Source: Zygophlyctis sp. KS116 (lineage: Eukaryota; Fungi; Chytridiomycota). From it: DNA of 9,967 bases. The translations under genes were made by a program, and so were the position numbers. Shown piece after piece: positions 8,701 to 9,967 of this stretch. The first letter of the stretch is position 1; the number at the start of each line of letters is the position of its first letter. Under the pieces are notes generated by a model. The model was not told where the DNA came from, did no database searches, and saw nothing but the letters and a program-made list of their open reading frames with translations. Location: positions 1-9,967 of the forward strand of contig BAAFSQ010000339.1 of NCBI GenBank assembly GCA_054661495.1. The letters are read 5' to 3'.

Positions 8701-9590
8701 TTGGTATTAAAGAGGGTGGCCCACTTGAATGGTACTTAGGGATAGCAATAAACAAAATTCACAATGGAAAAATCTCACTTGATCAATCTCTGTACCTGGA
8801 ACAGAAGTTGAGTGAATTTAGTAATTATATTCCTACAGGTGGGAGATCAAATCCTTTGCCTCAAAATTACCAATTGATATTACAAGAAGCAGAACATGAA
8901 GAATTATACAAAGGAAATTTCCCATACAGAAGTATTGTAGGAAGCATTATGTATGCAATGCTAGGAACAAGACCAGATTTGGCAGTTGCAGTGTCTGTAG
9001 TAAGCCAGTTTCTCGATAAAGTCAAACCATCTCATATTAAATTGGTTCAAAATATTCTTCAGTATATTAAGTTAAACAATGATCTCAAACTTGTTTATGT
9101 TGGTGACAAGAAGAACCTGCAATTAAAGGGATATGAAGATGCAAGTTATGGAAATGAGACAGATTACAAATCAAGAACTGGATATGCATTTCTTATTGGA
9201 GACAATCTGATTTCATGGGTGTCTACAAAGCAATCTGTAATAGCTCAATCAGCAGCAGAGGCAGAGTACTATGCTGCAGTATGTGCAGCAAATGAAGCAC
9301 TTTGGCTAGGACAGCTATTGAAGGACATAGGATTTCCACAGGGCACTATTGCGCTCTACGAGGATAATCAGGCATGTATTGCTCTAACGAAGAACCCAGA
9401 AGATCACAAAAGAACCAAACATATACAGATCAAATATTATGTCATTAGGGAATATGTTTCTCAAGAAAAGATCAAGTTTACATATTGTCCTACTAATATG
9501 CAACTTGCTGATATATTCACAAAGGGAGTTTCTAGATCTTCTCTACGATCTGCATTAAATCAATTAGGAGTTAGAAAACTAGAGATCTGA
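5706..9590 (+). pseudogene. Copia gag-pol polyprotein, disrupted
   Basis: Gag LRGQINYIKW; zinc knuckle at 6344-6403; protease FYDTGCT (DTG at 6515-6523) and VYVPGFNHNLLS; integrase WH..H...CDDC, ELIETD, VRSDGGSEY and RAERAHRT; RT and RNase H follow. Stops at 5928, 6659, 7018 and 7152. Frameshifts near 6148, 6897, 7040, 7285 and 8114. Confidence 0.93.
8115..9590 (+). CDS. pol: Uninterrupted RT-RNase H portion of copia pol
   Basis: A single open frame with KARLVAKGYSQ, DYFETFSPV, QDDVPTAFL, LYGLKQSPR, YVDD (8628-8639), PYRSIVGS, TRPD, DASY, AEAEY, EDNQ, RTKHI and ADIFTK, ending at TGA 9588-9590. Confidence 0.93.
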   Translation, partial: GSISDACTWEIKKKPNEKVKPVKCRWIFTKKYDKHGNVKKFKARLVAKGYSQQYGLDYFETFSPVVKFKSIRTLIVAIAAAMKLDIFQDDVPTAFLKGNLKEEVWMEQPPGYHQGNKDDLCFLRKTLYGLKQSPRECYQVMDNYLTSMGFKNSLADPCIYFKQDPMIFVGVYVDDIATVGEEAHVNSFRGKLRTHFGIKEGGPLEWYLGIAINKIHNGKISLDQSLYLEQKLSEFSNYIPTGGRSNPLPQNYQLILQEAEHEELYKGNFPYRSIVGSIMYAMLGTRPDLAVAVSVVSQFLDKVKPSHIKLVQNILQYIKLNNDLKLVYVGDKKNLQLKGYEDASYGNETDYKSRTGYAFLIGDNLISWVSTKQSVIAQSAAEAEYYAAVCAANEALWLGQLLKDIGFPQGTIALYEDNQACIALTKNPEDHKRTKHIQIKYYVIREYVSQEKIKFTYCPTNMQLADIFTKGVSRSSLRSALNQLGVRKLEI

Positions 9591-9607
9591 TTAATATCTT
9601 CCAAGTC

Positions 9608-9617
9608 AGGGGGAGAA
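9608..9617 (+). promoter_or_regulatory. Polypurine tract
   Basis: AGGGGGAGAA, ending 1 nt before the TG that starts the 3' LTR. Confidence 0.9.
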
Positions 9618-9618
9618 T

Positions 9619-9757
9619 TGAAATTAGACTTTTGCGGCTATGTTAAGGGGATAAGCCACACTGATGTTTTAAGTTTTTTCTTCTAAAACATCAGGTAAAT
9701 ATAAGTTTTTTCTTCTAAAACATCAGGTAAATATAAGTTTTTTCTTCTAAAACATCA
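9619..9757 (+). repeat. 3' LTR (139 bp; possibly extends to 9768)
   Basis: Matches the 5' LTR and carries one more copy of the 32-bp unit AAGTTTTTTCTTCTAAAACATCAGGTAAATAT (three versus two, the last copy truncated in each LTR). Confidence 0.92.
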
Positions 9758-9768
9758 GAAGTTTATGT

Positions 9769-9773
9769 AAAAA
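9769..9773 (-). terminator. Probable RNA Pol III terminator (T5) of the tRNA-Ile gene
   Basis: The first run of 4 or more T on the minus strand downstream of the tRNA 3' end, 35 nt away. Confidence 0.6.
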
Positions 9774-9808
9774 GAGTAGATTTTATCACAGAGTATTATA
9801 TTAATAAT

Positions 9809-9882
9809 TGCTTCTCACAGGGATCGAACCTGTGACCTTGGCGTTATTAGCACCACGCTCTAACCAACTGAGCTAGAGAAGC
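9809..9882 (-). tRNA. tRNA-Ile(AAT): tRNA-Ile (anticodon AAT), intronless
   Basis: GCTTCTCTAGCTCAGTTGGTTAGAGCGTGGTGCTAATAACGCCAAGGTCACAGGTTCGATCCCTGTGAGAAGCA. Perfect 7-bp acceptor stem, D arm, anticodon stem TGGTG/CGCCA with loop CT-AAT-AA, and T arm ACAGG/CCTGT. A and B boxes are intact and CCA is not encoded. The AAT (IAU) anticodon is typical of eukaryotes. Confidence 0.97.
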
Positions 9883-9967
9883 TGGATTTGTGTTAAATTC
9901 CACTTTCTAATAAACTTTTCTTAACTAATTCCTTTAACTAATCAACTTTCCAAGCACTATCTACTTG

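Larger units (their letters stand above)
5563..9757 (+). mobile_element. Full-length Ty1/copia LTR retrotransposon (~4.2 kb), non-autonomous
   Basis: Two LTRs, a PBS and a PPT, with the copia domain order gag-PR-IN-RT-RNaseH. TG...CA boundaries have flanking TAAGT (5558-5562) and GAAGT (9758-9762), a 4/5 TSD match. The right end may instead be at 9768 (see findings). Confidence 0.96.

Noticed and set aside
4976-8755. ORFs 4976-5350(-), 6435-6644(+), 7382-7627(+), 7724-7939(-) and 8543-8755(-)
   Set aside because: These are alternative-frame or antisense overlaps of the Crypton and copia genes with no recognisable motifs.
3286-9590. Alternative genetic code (TAA/TAG = Gln) explaining the in-frame stops
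   Set aside because: The ~490-codon RT-RNase H frame uses many CAA/CAG codons and no TAA/TAG, and the same genes also carry frameshifts. Decay under the standard code is the simpler explanation.
9670-9758. 32-bp repeats as a CRISPR array
   Set aside because: The units are head-to-tail with no spacers, lie within an LTR, and the context is eukaryotic.
9921-9942. TTAACTAAT direct repeat upstream of the tRNA gene
   Set aside because: A 9-bp AT-rich duplication is expected by chance in this sequence.

Overview
AT-rich eukaryotic window made up almost entirely of decayed transposable elements, next to one intact tRNA-Ile(AAT) gene. From left to right: (1) the gag start of a minus-strand Ty1/copia element that runs off the window edge, apparently nested in a Ty3/gypsy relic whose RNase H and RT fragments survive. 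(2) An unidentified, degenerate minus-strand gene. (3) A disabled Crypton-type tyrosine-recombinase element resembling CryptonS, whose reading frame is broken by very short (25-29 nt) spliceosomal-type introns. (4) A full-length ~4.2 kb Ty1/copia LTR retrotransposon with very short LTRs, disabled gag/PR/IN and an intact RT-RNaseH frame. (5) The tRNA-Ile gene. The most notable element is the copia: its primer-binding site is complementary to the anticodon arm of tRNA-Lys(CUU), implying priming by a tRNA-Lys half molecule; it sits at the Pol III terminator just 3' of the tRNA gene; and it has an elongated CX2CX10HX4C zinc knuckle. All family assignments come from manual translation and motif recognition; no database searches were run.
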